Assembly (NCBI GenBank): GCA_017523925.1
Contig: JAFWVQ010000020.1
Span: 12,062-76,061 of the forward strand
Direction: 5' to 3'
From: Clostridia bacterium
GTDB taxonomy: Bacteria; Bacillota; Clostridia; Christensenellales; CAG-138
Length of the DNA: 64,000 nt
In this document: piece after piece, positions 1 to 8,643 of the stretch
Layout of the letters: every line of letters starts with the position of its first letter
Numbering within the stretch: position 1 is the stretch's first letter
Notes under the pieces: generated by a model
Databases searched by the model: none
Told to the model about the DNA's origin: nothing
The model's input: only the letters and a program-made list of their open reading frames with translations
Made by a program: the position numbers and the translations under genes

Positions 1-152
1 TATTCCTCGTCGTCCGGCATGCTCGGATTCCTGCCCCATGTGTCCTTGCTCGTTCTTAGAAGCAGGGCTCTGTAAATAAAGAAGGAAACGAACATCGTGG
101 ACAGCACGCCGAAGGCGAGAAGCCCGATTATTATCCATAGTATGAGCGGCAT
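1..152 (-). CDS. N-terminal part of a membrane-anchored protein, probably another alpha/beta-hydrolase of the lipid operon (runs off the window)
   Basis: RBS GAAGGAGG then ATG at 152, 10 nt after the fakA stop. Reads MPLILWIIIGLLAFGVLSTMFVSFFIYRALLLRTSKDTWGRNPSMPDDEE. The hydrophobic N-anchor resembles those of the two hydrolases in the operon. Not in the ORF track; function is inferred. Confidence 0.6.
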   Translation of the reverse strand, partial: MPLILWIIIGLLAFGVLSTMFVSFFIYRALLLRTSKDTWGRNPSMPDDEE

Positions 153-162
153 ATTACCTCCT

Positions 163-1893
163 TCAGCAGATGCCGGCGATCCAGTCGTAAAGAGCCTGGC
201 CGCCGTATTCAAAGGTCACTTCAAGCATAGGGTATTCGCCGGCAATGCGCTCGCTTATCACGGTTTCAAGCGAAGCGTCCGCATTCGCACCGCGCAGCAG
301 GATGCAGGTCTCCTTATCGTGGATATCCTCGATATGCTGCATTCCCTCGACAAGCGCGTCCACAGGATCGGATGAGGTGCAGAGCAGCTCGTCGTTCGAG
401 ACCGCGATGTATTCGTTCTCCCTGCAGCTTTTCCCGTTATGGCTGTAATCCTTTGCGGCCCTTGTTACGAGCAGCGTCTCAACGCTGTCCATCCCAAGCC
501 GCATCTGGCGTATGCGCATTTCAACGTCATCGCTGTCCGAAACGTCCATAGCAAGCGCGAAATAGCCCTGCGGAACAGTCATCGTCGGAAGTATCTCGAC
601 GTTTTTCTTGCCCGAAAGCTCAACGGCCTGCTGCGCGGCGAGCATCATATTCGGTCCGTTCGGAAGTATCACGATGCGGTCGGCACCGATGCGCTTTATC
701 GCTTCAAGGAATTCCTCCGAGGAAGTGTTCATCGTGGCTCCGCCGTCGATCACAAGCTCGCAGCCGAGACTTCGGAATATCCGCGCACAGCCCTCGCCGT
801 TCACAACAGCCACTATGCCAAGCGGTTTATGCGCTGCGGCACCAGAAGCCGAAGGGGAAGGGGAAGGGGTAGTGGAAATTGCGGCAGCGGGAGCTGCATC
901 CGCTTTCGAGCTTCCGGTAAACTCGTTGTGCTGAAGCTGCATGTTTTCGAGCTTAAAGGTGAGGAACTCGCCGAACTGCTGAACGTATTCGATGATCGGC
1001 GCGGGCTTTTTCGTGTGAACATGTACCTTAACGCGCATGCCGTCGCGCACCACTACGAGCGAATCCCCGTACATCTCAAGCATGCTCAGAAGGCGGCTTT
1101 GATCAAAGGCGTTGGAATAGCCGTCCGTCCGCATGAGCTGAAGGATGAACTCCATGCAGTAGCCCTCGTTAAAGACGCTGTTCTCGGTGAATTTCGAAAA
1201 ATCGGGCATTGCGGGAGCAGCGTCCGAATGGGCCACATATGCATCGACAGACGAAGCGTCCGCTTGCATTTCCGGGAGCGCTTCGCCGCTCAAAGCGCGC
1301 AGCATGCCCGAAACTATAGCGATATAGCCCTGTGCGCCGCTGTCCACAACGTTCATCTCGGCAAGTATCGGCAAAAGATTCGGCGTGTTGCCGAGGCTTA
1401 TCTCCATAGCCGCAAGATAGACCGTCAGAAGTGTCTCCGCGTCGCGAAGCCGCTTCTGCTCGCGTATAACGAATTCTATACCCTCGCGGGCAACGGTCAG
1501 TATCGTGCCTTCAACGGGGTTTATGACAGATTCGTATGCCACCTTATAGCCGCGTATGAATGCGTTTCGAAGCATAACGGGGGAGGCAGTCTCGCTTCTT
1601 GAAAGCTCAAGATAGATGCCCTTGAAGATCTGCGAGAGGATAACGCCCGAGTTTCCTCGTGCGCCAAGAAGCATGCCGCCGCTGAGCGCTTTAAGATATT
1701 CGTTTAGCGCATCGCAGGTCACGGCACATCGTATCCCGCCCTCGAGCGTCATTCGCATATTCGTTCCGGTGTCGCCGTCGGCAACGGGAAAAACGTTCAG
1801 CGAGTTGATGCGCTGTTCGTTTCTTTTCAGCTCGCTCAGCCCGGAGCGTATCATTTTTTCAAAAAGTTTTCCGTCGATTCTCTTTGTGCTCAT
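163..1893 (-). CDS. fakA: DAK2-domain fatty acid kinase catalytic subunit (FakA/YloV family)
   Basis: LNVFPVADGDTGTNM, GARGNSGVILSQ, EGTILTV, VVDSGAQG, GYCMEF and KVHVHT motifs. Confidence 0.9.
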   Translation of the reverse strand: MSTKRIDGKLFEKMIRSGLSELKRNEQRINSLNVFPVADGDTGTNMRMTLEGGIRCAVTCDALNEYLKALSGGMLLGARGNSGVILSQIFKGIYLELSRSETASPVMLRNAFIRGYKVAYESVINPVEGTILTVAREGIEFVIREQKRLRDAETLLTVYLAAMEISLGNTPNLLPILAEMNVVDSGAQGYIAIVSGMLRALSGEALPEMQADASSVDAYVAHSDAAPAMPDFSKFTENSVFNEGYCMEFILQLMRTDGYSNAFDQSRLLSMLEMYGDSLVVVRDGMRVKVHVHTKKPAPIIEYVQQFGEFLTFKLENMQLQHNEFTGSSKADAAPAAAISTTPSPSPSASGAAAHKPLGIVAVVNGEGCARIFRSLGCELVIDGGATMNTSSEEFLEAIKRIGADRIVILPNGPNMMLAAQQAVELSGKKNVEILPTMTVPQGYFALAMDVSDSDDVEMRIRQMRLGMDSVETLLVTRAAKDYSHNGKSCRENEYIAVSNDELLCTSSDPVDALVEGMQHIEDIHDKETCILLRGANADASLETVISERIAGEYPMLEVTFEYGGQALYDWIAGIC

Positions 1894-1900
1894 CTTTCGA

Positions 1901-3235
1901 TCACTTGGTCTTCCTGCCCATGTTGATAAGCGATTTCGGCAGAATGAAGGTCAGCGCAAACGCGACCGCGGTCCCTATGGCGCAGATAAGAGTCGTGTAC
2001 GACACCGCCTCAACGCCTGCCTTCTTGAGCGCGGTAAGCACTACGCCTGTTGCAATGCCGCTCGCAACGCCCGCGAAAAGGCCCTGCACGGCAAAATACA
2101 TAGCGGAGTTTGCAACGCCGGATCTCTCCTCTTCCTCGGCAGCAAGCTGCGAGGGGATCGAGTATGCAACAGCAAAGAGCGAGCCGATCGCAAGAGAACT
2201 GATGAGGCCGGTTATAATTGCAAGCACCGTCTTCGCAGAGCCGTCGGCAAGCTTGCCGACGATGAACATCGCCGCCATGCCGAGCGTGTAGGTGATCAGC
2301 GTATAGCGGAAGGCGAAGCCGAAGCCATATCTGCGGATGAATTTATTGTACAGTATCAACGCAAACGGCACCGGCGCAAATGCGGCGATCATTACCAGCA
2401 TCATATTCATACCGACAGCGGCGAAGTATTCGTTGATGCCGCCGAGAAAGAGCTGAACGCCGAAGGTCATAAAAGCGTAAACGATCATCCAAAGGATGAA
2501 GGTGCGGTTCTTTGCGGTGTGCCGGAGGGACTCAAACAGCCCAACGGAGCGCTTCGCGTTGCTTTTATTCCTATCGGATTCAAGTGAGGATTCTTCCTTG
2601 ATCATGAATAGGGGGATCAGCATCGTTGCAACGAGCGGAAGCACGATAAGCGCAACAAGCCGGATATTCATATTGTTGAGCATCATTCGGACCACAACGT
2701 AGCCGAGGATGAAGTAAACGATATCGAAGAATGACTTGGTGTTCGATATCAGGCTGCGTTCCTGCTCGGTCTCAACGATCTCGGTATAGGTGGCGTAGTA
2801 GCTGACCATCGTGAGCGTGTAGAAGCTGTAAAAAATGCAGAGCAGAACGCCGTAATAGATCGTGTTCAGAAGCGTTGCGCCTCCGGGGTTCGGAACGACC
2901 AAAAACAGCAGGTATGCGATTATCATCGGAACGAGACCGATCACTATCGACGGTCTGCGCCGTCCCCATCTTGTTTTGAGCTGATCGGTGAAGGAAGCCA
3001 TCGGCACGTCGATTATGCCGTCGAGTATCCTTGCAACAAGGGAAAACACCGCCCACACGCCGGCGATAACCAGGTCCTTTCCAACGTAGGTCTGAAAAGG
3101 CAGCACCTTCTCGACAAAGCCGCTCGCAATAAGCGCGCTGCAAAGATAGGAGCCCATCATCAGATTAAGCATGTTGACGCCCATGCCCGAAAAGGCATAG
3201 AGCATCAGCTTCGGCTTTCCGCTGATCTTTTGCAT
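1901..3235 (-). CDS. MFS transporter, GPH/MelB (MFS_2) family
   Basis: About 12 hydrophobic segments; ILDGIIDVPMASFTDQLKTRWGRRRP signature. Confidence 0.85.
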   Translation of the reverse strand: MQKISGKPKLMLYAFSGMGVNMLNLMMGSYLCSALIASGFVEKVLPFQTYVGKDLVIAGVWAVFSLVARILDGIIDVPMASFTDQLKTRWGRRRPSIVIGLVPMIIAYLLFLVVPNPGGATLLNTIYYGVLLCIFYSFYTLTMVSYYATYTEIVETEQERSLISNTKSFFDIVYFILGYVVVRMMLNNMNIRLVALIVLPLVATMLIPLFMIKEESSLESDRNKSNAKRSVGLFESLRHTAKNRTFILWMIVYAFMTFGVQLFLGGINEYFAAVGMNMMLVMIAAFAPVPFALILYNKFIRRYGFGFAFRYTLITYTLGMAAMFIVGKLADGSAKTVLAIITGLISSLAIGSLFAVAYSIPSQLAAEEEERSGVANSAMYFAVQGLFAGVASGIATGVVLTALKKAGVEAVSYTTLICAIGTAVAFALTFILPKSLINMGRKTK

Positions 3236-3238
3236 CGC

Positions 3239-4180
3239 TTACTTCCCTCCGTTGGTAAACCTATCGATAATCGCCCTTTCCTCGGAAAGATCGGCGCTGA
3301 TCGGTTTGCCCATATAGTACGCCGCCATAAGGCCGGGACCTATATTGATGCCGCACATCGGAAAAACGTCGTTGATGATAACAGCCTTGGGGCGGATCTC
3401 TTCCTCGATCAGCTTCTTATACGCCTCAGCCTGCGCAAGTCTGCTTGTTTGCGCGATAAAAATGAGCTGATCCTCGGGGTTTTCGATGGTGTTCTTGATA
3501 TAGTCGATCAGCATGGCATAGGCGCTCTTCGCTCCCTTGGCCTTGCCTATAACGGTAGTCAGGCCGTTGTAGTCGAACTCACCGATCGGTTTAACTCCGG
3601 CAAGCGTGCCGAAGAAAGCCTTTGCATGCGTGATGCGGCCCTGCTTGGCAACGAAGGAAAGGTCGTCCAGCCAGCCGGCCTGATGGAAGCGGTTGCGGTT
3701 CTGTTCGATAAAATCGGCAACCTCGTCAAAGCTCTTGCCCTCGGCGCGAAGCATGGAAGCGTGTACCATAATGAGGCCGTGGCCTGGGCCGAAGCGCATG
3801 GAGTCGATGACCCTGATATTGCAGTTTGGGTACTCCTCCACGATCTCCTTGCGCGCGGACAAGGCAAAGTTATACGTGCCGCTCATGCCGCCGGAGATGG
3901 TGACGATAATTATGTCGACGCCGTCTTTTGCATACTTTTCAAACGCATCGTGAAACTCCGCTACGTTCGGCGGTGCGGTTTTGTATCCGGTGGGATCCGC
4001 CTTGAGCTTCGCATAGAATTCCTCCCTCGAGAACTCCTCCCATTTATGGAATGAGGAGAGGCTCCGCCCGTCCGGAAGGCTGATGTGGGACGGCACCACA
4101 ACGATGTCATACTGCTTTTGAAGCTCCTCGCTCAGATCGCAGGTAGCGTCGGCCATGATCACAAAGCTTTTGTTTTCCAT
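3239..4180 (-). CDS. DegV/FakB family fatty-acid-binding protein
   Basis: IMADATCDL, KTAPP, TISGGMSGTY, VIDS, LAKQGRI-like, VKPI and C-terminal INIGPG motifs. Confidence 0.9.
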   Translation of the reverse strand: MENKSFVIMADATCDLSEELQKQYDIVVVPSHISLPDGRSLSSFHKWEEFSREEFYAKLKADPTGYKTAPPNVAEFHDAFEKYAKDGVDIIIVTISGGMSGTYNFALSARKEIVEEYPNCNIRVIDSMRFGPGHGLIMVHASMLRAEGKSFDEVADFIEQNRNRFHQAGWLDDLSFVAKQGRITHAKAFFGTLAGVKPIGEFDYNGLTTVIGKAKGAKSAYAMLIDYIKNTIENPEDQLIFIAQTSRLAQAEAYKKLIEEEIRPKAVIINDVFPMCGINIGPGLMAAYYMGKPISADLSEERAIIDRFTNGGK

Positions 4181-4198
4181 TTTTAACCCTCCAAATAT

Positions 4199-5122
4199 TT
4201 AAGTGTTGATATGTTTTTCAAGAAAGTCAAAGACTCTTTCGCGCTCCTCGTCGCTCGCTTGCGCAAGAGTGAGCGCATGCGGCGCACCCGATATCATCAT
4301 CAGTTCGGACTCGGAGCCGCATTTGCTTCGGCAATCCTCTATGAGACGGACAGGCGACTTCGCGTCTGCACTGCCCCCGATGAAGAGTGCGGGGAGGTGA
4401 GTGTTTTTAAGCGACTCGCGCATATCGCTTCGGATGTTGAGCCCGATGAAGATCCGCGCGAACAGTCCGATGAGGAGTATGACAGGCAGCAGCGTCAACC
4501 GTATCGCCTTGCCGTTTCCGGTCATCTGGCAGTAAGGGCTCGCGATACAGCAATCGAGCACCATCGCTCGAATGCTCTGCGTTTTGATCTTGTCCGACGC
4601 AAAGCCGATCGCGGCAGCGCCCATGGATACGCCGTACAGCACTATCCTTCCCGCCGGCACGCGATGCTCGGTCCACTCGATCCATTTCAGCAGATCGTAC
4701 TGCTCTTTTGAGCCAAGGAAGGTGAAGCGCCCCTCGCTCTTGTTGTGCGCGCGCTGATGAACAAGAAGAAGATTGTATCCGCGTTTCAAAAGTGCGCTTC
4801 CGATCAAAGCGCAGTTGTTCATCGGCGTGGAGCAATACCCGTGCATCAGTATTGCGGTCCTGTTATACCCGCGAAAATAGAACTCCGCCTTGAGAACGGC
4901 GCCGTCCGACTCCGTCTCCACCTCCTCATGCGGTTCGCCGCGCATTGCGGAAATTGCCGAAAGCAGCTCGCTGCGGTAGGGGAGATAGGTGCTCCAATTG
5001 AAATCGGGAGGCACTTGGTCGAAATCGGCGATGCGTTTTCTGCTGAACAGCGTGATCGTCAGCACTGCCGCAGGAAGGATCAGAAAGAGCAGCACAGCGC
5101 CGGCTGCGATGAGTATCGGCAT
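4199..5122 (-). CDS. Membrane-anchored alpha/beta-hydrolase (Hydrolase_4/lysophospholipase-like)
   Basis: Start refined to ATG 5122 after GAGAGGGGG; N-terminal TM; LMHGY, GVSMG nucleophile, GGSAD acid, GAPH histidine. Confidence 0.85.
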   Translation of the reverse strand: MPILIAAGAVLLFLILPAAVLTITLFSRKRIADFDQVPPDFNWSTYLPYRSELLSAISAMRGEPHEEVETESDGAVLKAEFYFRGYNRTAILMHGYCSTPMNNCALIGSALLKRGYNLLLVHQRAHNKSEGRFTFLGSKEQYDLLKWIEWTEHRVPAGRIVLYGVSMGAAAIGFASDKIKTQSIRAMVLDCCIASPYCQMTGNGKAIRLTLLPVILLIGLFARIFIGLNIRSDMRESLKNTHLPALFIGGSADAKSPVRLIEDCRSKCGSESELMMISGAPHALTLAQASDEERERVFDFLEKHINT

Positions 5123-5162
5123 CCAAACACCCCCTCTCGAAACGGCTCCTTCTATCGCAGCA

Positions 5163-5579
5163 TCATTTGGGATGCCTGCTGATGTATTCGTTCCACTGCT
5201 TTTTCGCGTTTTCCTCCTGTTCGCTGCGGTGAACGCCGAACACGCATTCAAACGCGAAATGCTCGCAGTTATTGTGAATAAGATTGTAATTCCCTTCACC
5301 GAACCGTCCGCGAGCGATAGCGGTTGTCTTCTCGGGAGGAATGCGTTTCAGCTTCTCAGTAAGCGAGAGGCGCGCCCGCTCCACGATGCTTCCGCCGGCA
5401 AACTCGTCTATAGTGGTGGAAACTACTCTTACATCGGCGTCGGGCGGCAATGCTTCCCTCGGCGGATAGCCGAACTGTATCACCTCGGCGTCGCTGATAT
5501 AAACACCATAGTGCCATATGCCGCCTATGCGAACGCGGACCATATCCCCTTTATCACATTGTTCGGGCCACCACTTCAA
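5163..5579 (-). CDS. LRAT/PLAAT-family (permuted NlpC/P60) acyltransferase/phospholipase
   Basis: GD...WHYGVY and YNLIHNNCEHFA signature; TTG start overlaps the ACP stop. Confidence 0.85.
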   Translation of the reverse strand: MKWWPEQCDKGDMVRVRIGGIWHYGVYISDAEVIQFGYPPREALPPDADVRVVSTTIDEFAGGSIVERARLSLTEKLKRIPPEKTTAIARGRFGEGNYNLIHNNCEHFAFECVFGVHRSEQEENAKKQWNEYISRHPK

Positions 5580-5827
5580 CGCATTTTCTCCGAAATATAA
5601 TCCACTATGTTTCGAACCGTCGGAAAATCGGACACTCCGACATTGTCGAACCTTATCGAGAACAGCTCCTCTATCGCGATGGCGATATAGAGCATACCGA
5701 TGGAGGAGAGGCCGAGGTCCTGCGCAAGGCGCGTATCCTCGCTCACATCAACACCCTTCTCCATGATCAACGGATCCGCCGAATAGAGGATGTCCTTAAG
5801 CTTTTCGATTATCTCTGTTCTTGTCAT
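5576..5827 (-). CDS. Acyl carrier protein (stand-alone)
   Basis: 83 aa, acidic; DLGLSSIG phosphopantetheine site and IEELFSIRF; TGATG coupling to the upstream ligase. Confidence 0.85.
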   Translation of the reverse strand: MTRTEIIEKLKDILYSADPLIMEKGVDVSEDTRLAQDLGLSSIGMLYIAIAIEELFSIRFDNVGVSDFPTVRNIVDYISEKMR

Positions 5828-7335
5828 CAGCATTTTTTATATCTCAGTATCTTCATGCTCGGGGAGCGTTCAAAATCGGTGTCGCGGATAACGATGCGCG
5901 AAACGCGCTCGGAGGGTATCTGCTCGGCATTCAGCTCCCAAAGCTTTTCCTCCGCAGCCTTCTTCGGTTCATCGCCAAGGGAACCGATCTCTGTCGCTCT
6001 TAAAACCACCTCGAGCGCAAGGAAATGTCTGCCGGCTTCGTCAAAGTCCTCAAACACCTGAGAATCCTGAACGAAGCTGAGTGCATTGAACCGCGCCTCA
6101 AGCTCGGCGGGGGAGACGTTCTCGCCGTTTGAAAGCACGATCACCTCTTTTGTGCGCCCGGTGATATAGAGGAAGCCTTCATCATCGATCCGCGCAAGAT
6201 CGCCGGTATGGAACCAACCGTCGGTCCACGCAGGCTCATCCTCGCCAACGTAGCAGGTGAGCATATTCCTGCCCTTAAGAAGCAGCTCGCCGTCAACAAT
6301 CATAAGCTCCTGATTGGGGAAGGGGAGACCGACGGAATCGGGCTTGCGGAGTGAATCGGGGTTGCCCGAAACGAGGTTTGCGGACTCGGTCAAGCCGTAG
6401 CCGGGGCAGAGCACGATGCCGAGCTTATCATATTCGCTCACAAGATAGGGTGCAACCGCAGCCGCGCCGCAAATGATGTGATGCATAGAGTCGCCGAGCA
6501 TGTTGCGGCCGAGCTTTCTTGAGAGCTGCAGCGCCATTTCGGCAAGCGCGGGAACGGTAACGAGTATTGTCGGGCGGAATACGGCGATATCGCGGAACAT
6601 GTCCTTGTTGTTTTCAACGATGAACAGCGTGCTGCCCGTGTAAAGGGAGGTGAGCAGGTTGCGGATGAGGCCGAAAACGTGCGAGAGCGGGAGCGTCAGA
6701 ATATAGCGCTGAGCGAAAACGCCCTTGTAGCCGTAGCAGCCGTTCATAACGCCCTGCATCACAGCGCCGTGGCTGAGAAGCGCGCCCTTGCTCTTGCCCG
6801 TGGTGCCGCCGGTGAACATGATCATGCAGGGATCATCGCCGGAAACCTCGCAAATGGGAACAAAAGTCTCGGCACTGCTGCTTGTGGTAAGAAATACTGC
6901 GTTTGCCGCCTTTTCCTTGGCAAAGCTTGATTTGCTTTCAAGCGCAGGACTGCTGATAAGCGCCTTTGCGCCGAATTTCATCATGCAGCCGAAAACAGCA
7001 GTTTCATCAAGAAAAGCGGGCAGTATCACGGCGCAGCATCCGGCGGTCACGACCGCGATATACGCCTTAGCAAAATCGTAGGAATTCTCAATAAGAAGCG
7101 CTACCCGATCGCCCTTAACGAGTCCTTTTGCGGCGATGGCCGAGCGAAGTGATGCCGCATCCGAGTCGAGCTCCGAGAAGCTGTGCTTATTGCCTGCGAA
7201 TTCGATCGCGGTGCGCTCGGCATATTCCGCTGCGCAAAATTTCCACATGGCGGCGATGCTGCCGTGGTCGCGGATCGCTTCGTATTCCTCCGCAAGCATA
7301 AACCGTTTGAATTGTTCTGCACTGTTGATTTTCAT
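5827..7335 (-). CDS. Long-chain fatty acyl-CoA/ACP ligase (AMP-binding)
   Basis: Start refined to ATG 7335 after AGGAGG; FTGGTTGKSKG, GYGLTE, FHTGD, GRTKEVIVLSNGENVSP and terminal KILR motifs. Confidence 0.9.
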   Translation of the reverse strand: MKINSAEQFKRFMLAEEYEAIRDHGSIAAMWKFCAAEYAERTAIEFAGNKHSFSELDSDAASLRSAIAAKGLVKGDRVALLIENSYDFAKAYIAVVTAGCCAVILPAFLDETAVFGCMMKFGAKALISSPALESKSSFAKEKAANAVFLTTSSSAETFVPICEVSGDDPCMIMFTGGTTGKSKGALLSHGAVMQGVMNGCYGYKGVFAQRYILTLPLSHVFGLIRNLLTSLYTGSTLFIVENNKDMFRDIAVFRPTILVTVPALAEMALQLSRKLGRNMLGDSMHHIICGAAAVAPYLVSEYDKLGIVLCPGYGLTESANLVSGNPDSLRKPDSVGLPFPNQELMIVDGELLLKGRNMLTCYVGEDEPAWTDGWFHTGDLARIDDEGFLYITGRTKEVIVLSNGENVSPAELEARFNALSFVQDSQVFEDFDEAGRHFLALEVVLRATEIGSLGDEPKKAAEEKLWELNAEQIPSERVSRIVIRDTDFERSPSMKILRYKKC

Positions 7336-7382
7336 TTGGTCCTCCTGTATCATCAAGCGAATGGGATGCAGTTCACCGTCGC

Positions 7383-8027
7383 TCAAAGAGTTTTCAGTTT
7401 TTCTTCCTTATCCTGAAGCAGCTTCGCGGCCTCGCCTATCTGAGCAAGGGTGGGGCGCTCGCCGTACAGAGCGCGAATGTCGACGGGTTCGCCGACGTTT
7501 ATTACGAGCCGATTATAAAAACGCTTCGGTTTTTTGATATACACGGGAACGATCGGGCTTTCGCCCTGCTGTGCAAGCAGGATCATTCCGGATTTGAACG
7601 GTGCAAGAGCTTGCGAGTTTTCGGCATTGACGTGTCCCTCCGGAAACATGCTAACGACCTTGCCCGCTTTCAGAACCTCTGAGACAGCGCGAAGGGAATT
7701 CATGCTGAAATTATCGCGGTCTATCAAGATGCAGTGAAACTGCCTGAAAGCCCACCGAGTGAAGCGATTATGTTCCGCAAGATCCTTGGTGCATACAAAA
7801 TGCTGCCTCCTGAACCAGATCCCCGCGAGCAGGTAAACGGGATCCCAGAAGCTGTTGTGGTTGGCAATAACGAGCGCGCCTCCTCTTTTGAGAGCTTGCT
7901 TCGCCTTATCACTTTCGTAAACGCGCTTCGGTCTGAACCCAAGCATCGCCGGGATGGCCGAGGTCGCGGCGGCAACATCATACCAGAAATAATTTTTTAC
8001 CGGCGCTTTTTCACTGTTTCGGCTCAT
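7383..8027 (-). CDS. PlsC-like lysophospholipid acyltransferase
   Basis: NHNSFWD (HX4D), IDR, FPEG, PFKSG, PIVP motifs. Confidence 0.9.
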   Translation of the reverse strand: MSRNSEKAPVKNYFWYDVAAATSAIPAMLGFRPKRVYESDKAKQALKRGGALVIANHNSFWDPVYLLAGIWFRRQHFVCTKDLAEHNRFTRWAFRQFHCILIDRDNFSMNSLRAVSEVLKAGKVVSMFPEGHVNAENSQALAPFKSGMILLAQQGESPIVPVYIKKPKRFYNRLVINVGEPVDIRALYGERPTLAQIGEAAKLLQDKEEKLKTL

Positions 8028-8643
8028 CTGTAACCTCCCTCAATTCGATTATCTTCGCTCTCATCGCTTCGGTGAGGCGCTCGATATTTTCCTTGTCGGT
8101 ACGGCTGCGGTCGTCAAACAGCGTCGGGTCGATGGGCTTACCTATCACGACCTTTGCACGCTGCTTCGAAAAATACGCTCCGTTTGTATAAACGGGGATC
8201 ACCTTAACGCCGCTTGCAAGCGCAAGATACGCGGCGCCGGGTTTGAATTCGATCGGTGGGGTCTCGCTTTCAAGCGGCAGACGTCCCTCGGGGAAGATCC
8301 CAACAACGCCGCCTTTTTTGAGGATTGACTCGGATTCGCTCATAAACCCGAGATCGGTCGCGTTTCGATTGATATAGATGCCGCCGAGCAGCTTCAAAAA
8401 GGGTCCGAGCAGCTTCTTTTCAAACAACAGCTCGGCCATCTGATAGCGCAGCGTCCTTGTAAAAAACACAAAGAGCATACAGGCATAATCATAAACGGCG
8501 GTATGGTTGCTCACTATTATCGCCGGTCCCTTTATGCGGCGCGACTGCACGGACTTATCCTCGTAATAGTACTTGGTGCGGAACACGATAAGCTGCGCGG
8601 GCCAACCCGTGAGCTTAACAAAAGCATTCATAAACCGTATCAT
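8011..8643 (-). CDS. PlsC-like lysophospholipid acyltransferase (second paralogue)
   Basis: NHTAVYD (HX4D), INR, FPEG, FKPGA, VIPV motifs. Confidence 0.9.
   Translation of the reverse strand: MIRFMNAFVKLTGWPAQLIVFRTKYYYEDKSVQSRRIKGPAIIVSNHTAVYDYACMLFVFFTRTLRYQMAELLFEKKLLGPFLKLLGGIYINRNATDLGFMSESESILKKGGVVGIFPEGRLPLESETPPIEFKPGAAYLALASGVKVIPVYTNGAYFSKQRAKVVIGKPIDPTLFDDRSRTDKENIERLTEAMRAKIIELREVTDEPKQ

Noticed and set aside
5123-5299. N-terminal extension of the hydrolase ORF overlapping the LRAT gene
   Set aside because: A better start with RBS and TM anchor exists at 5122; the extension overlaps the LRAT coding region.
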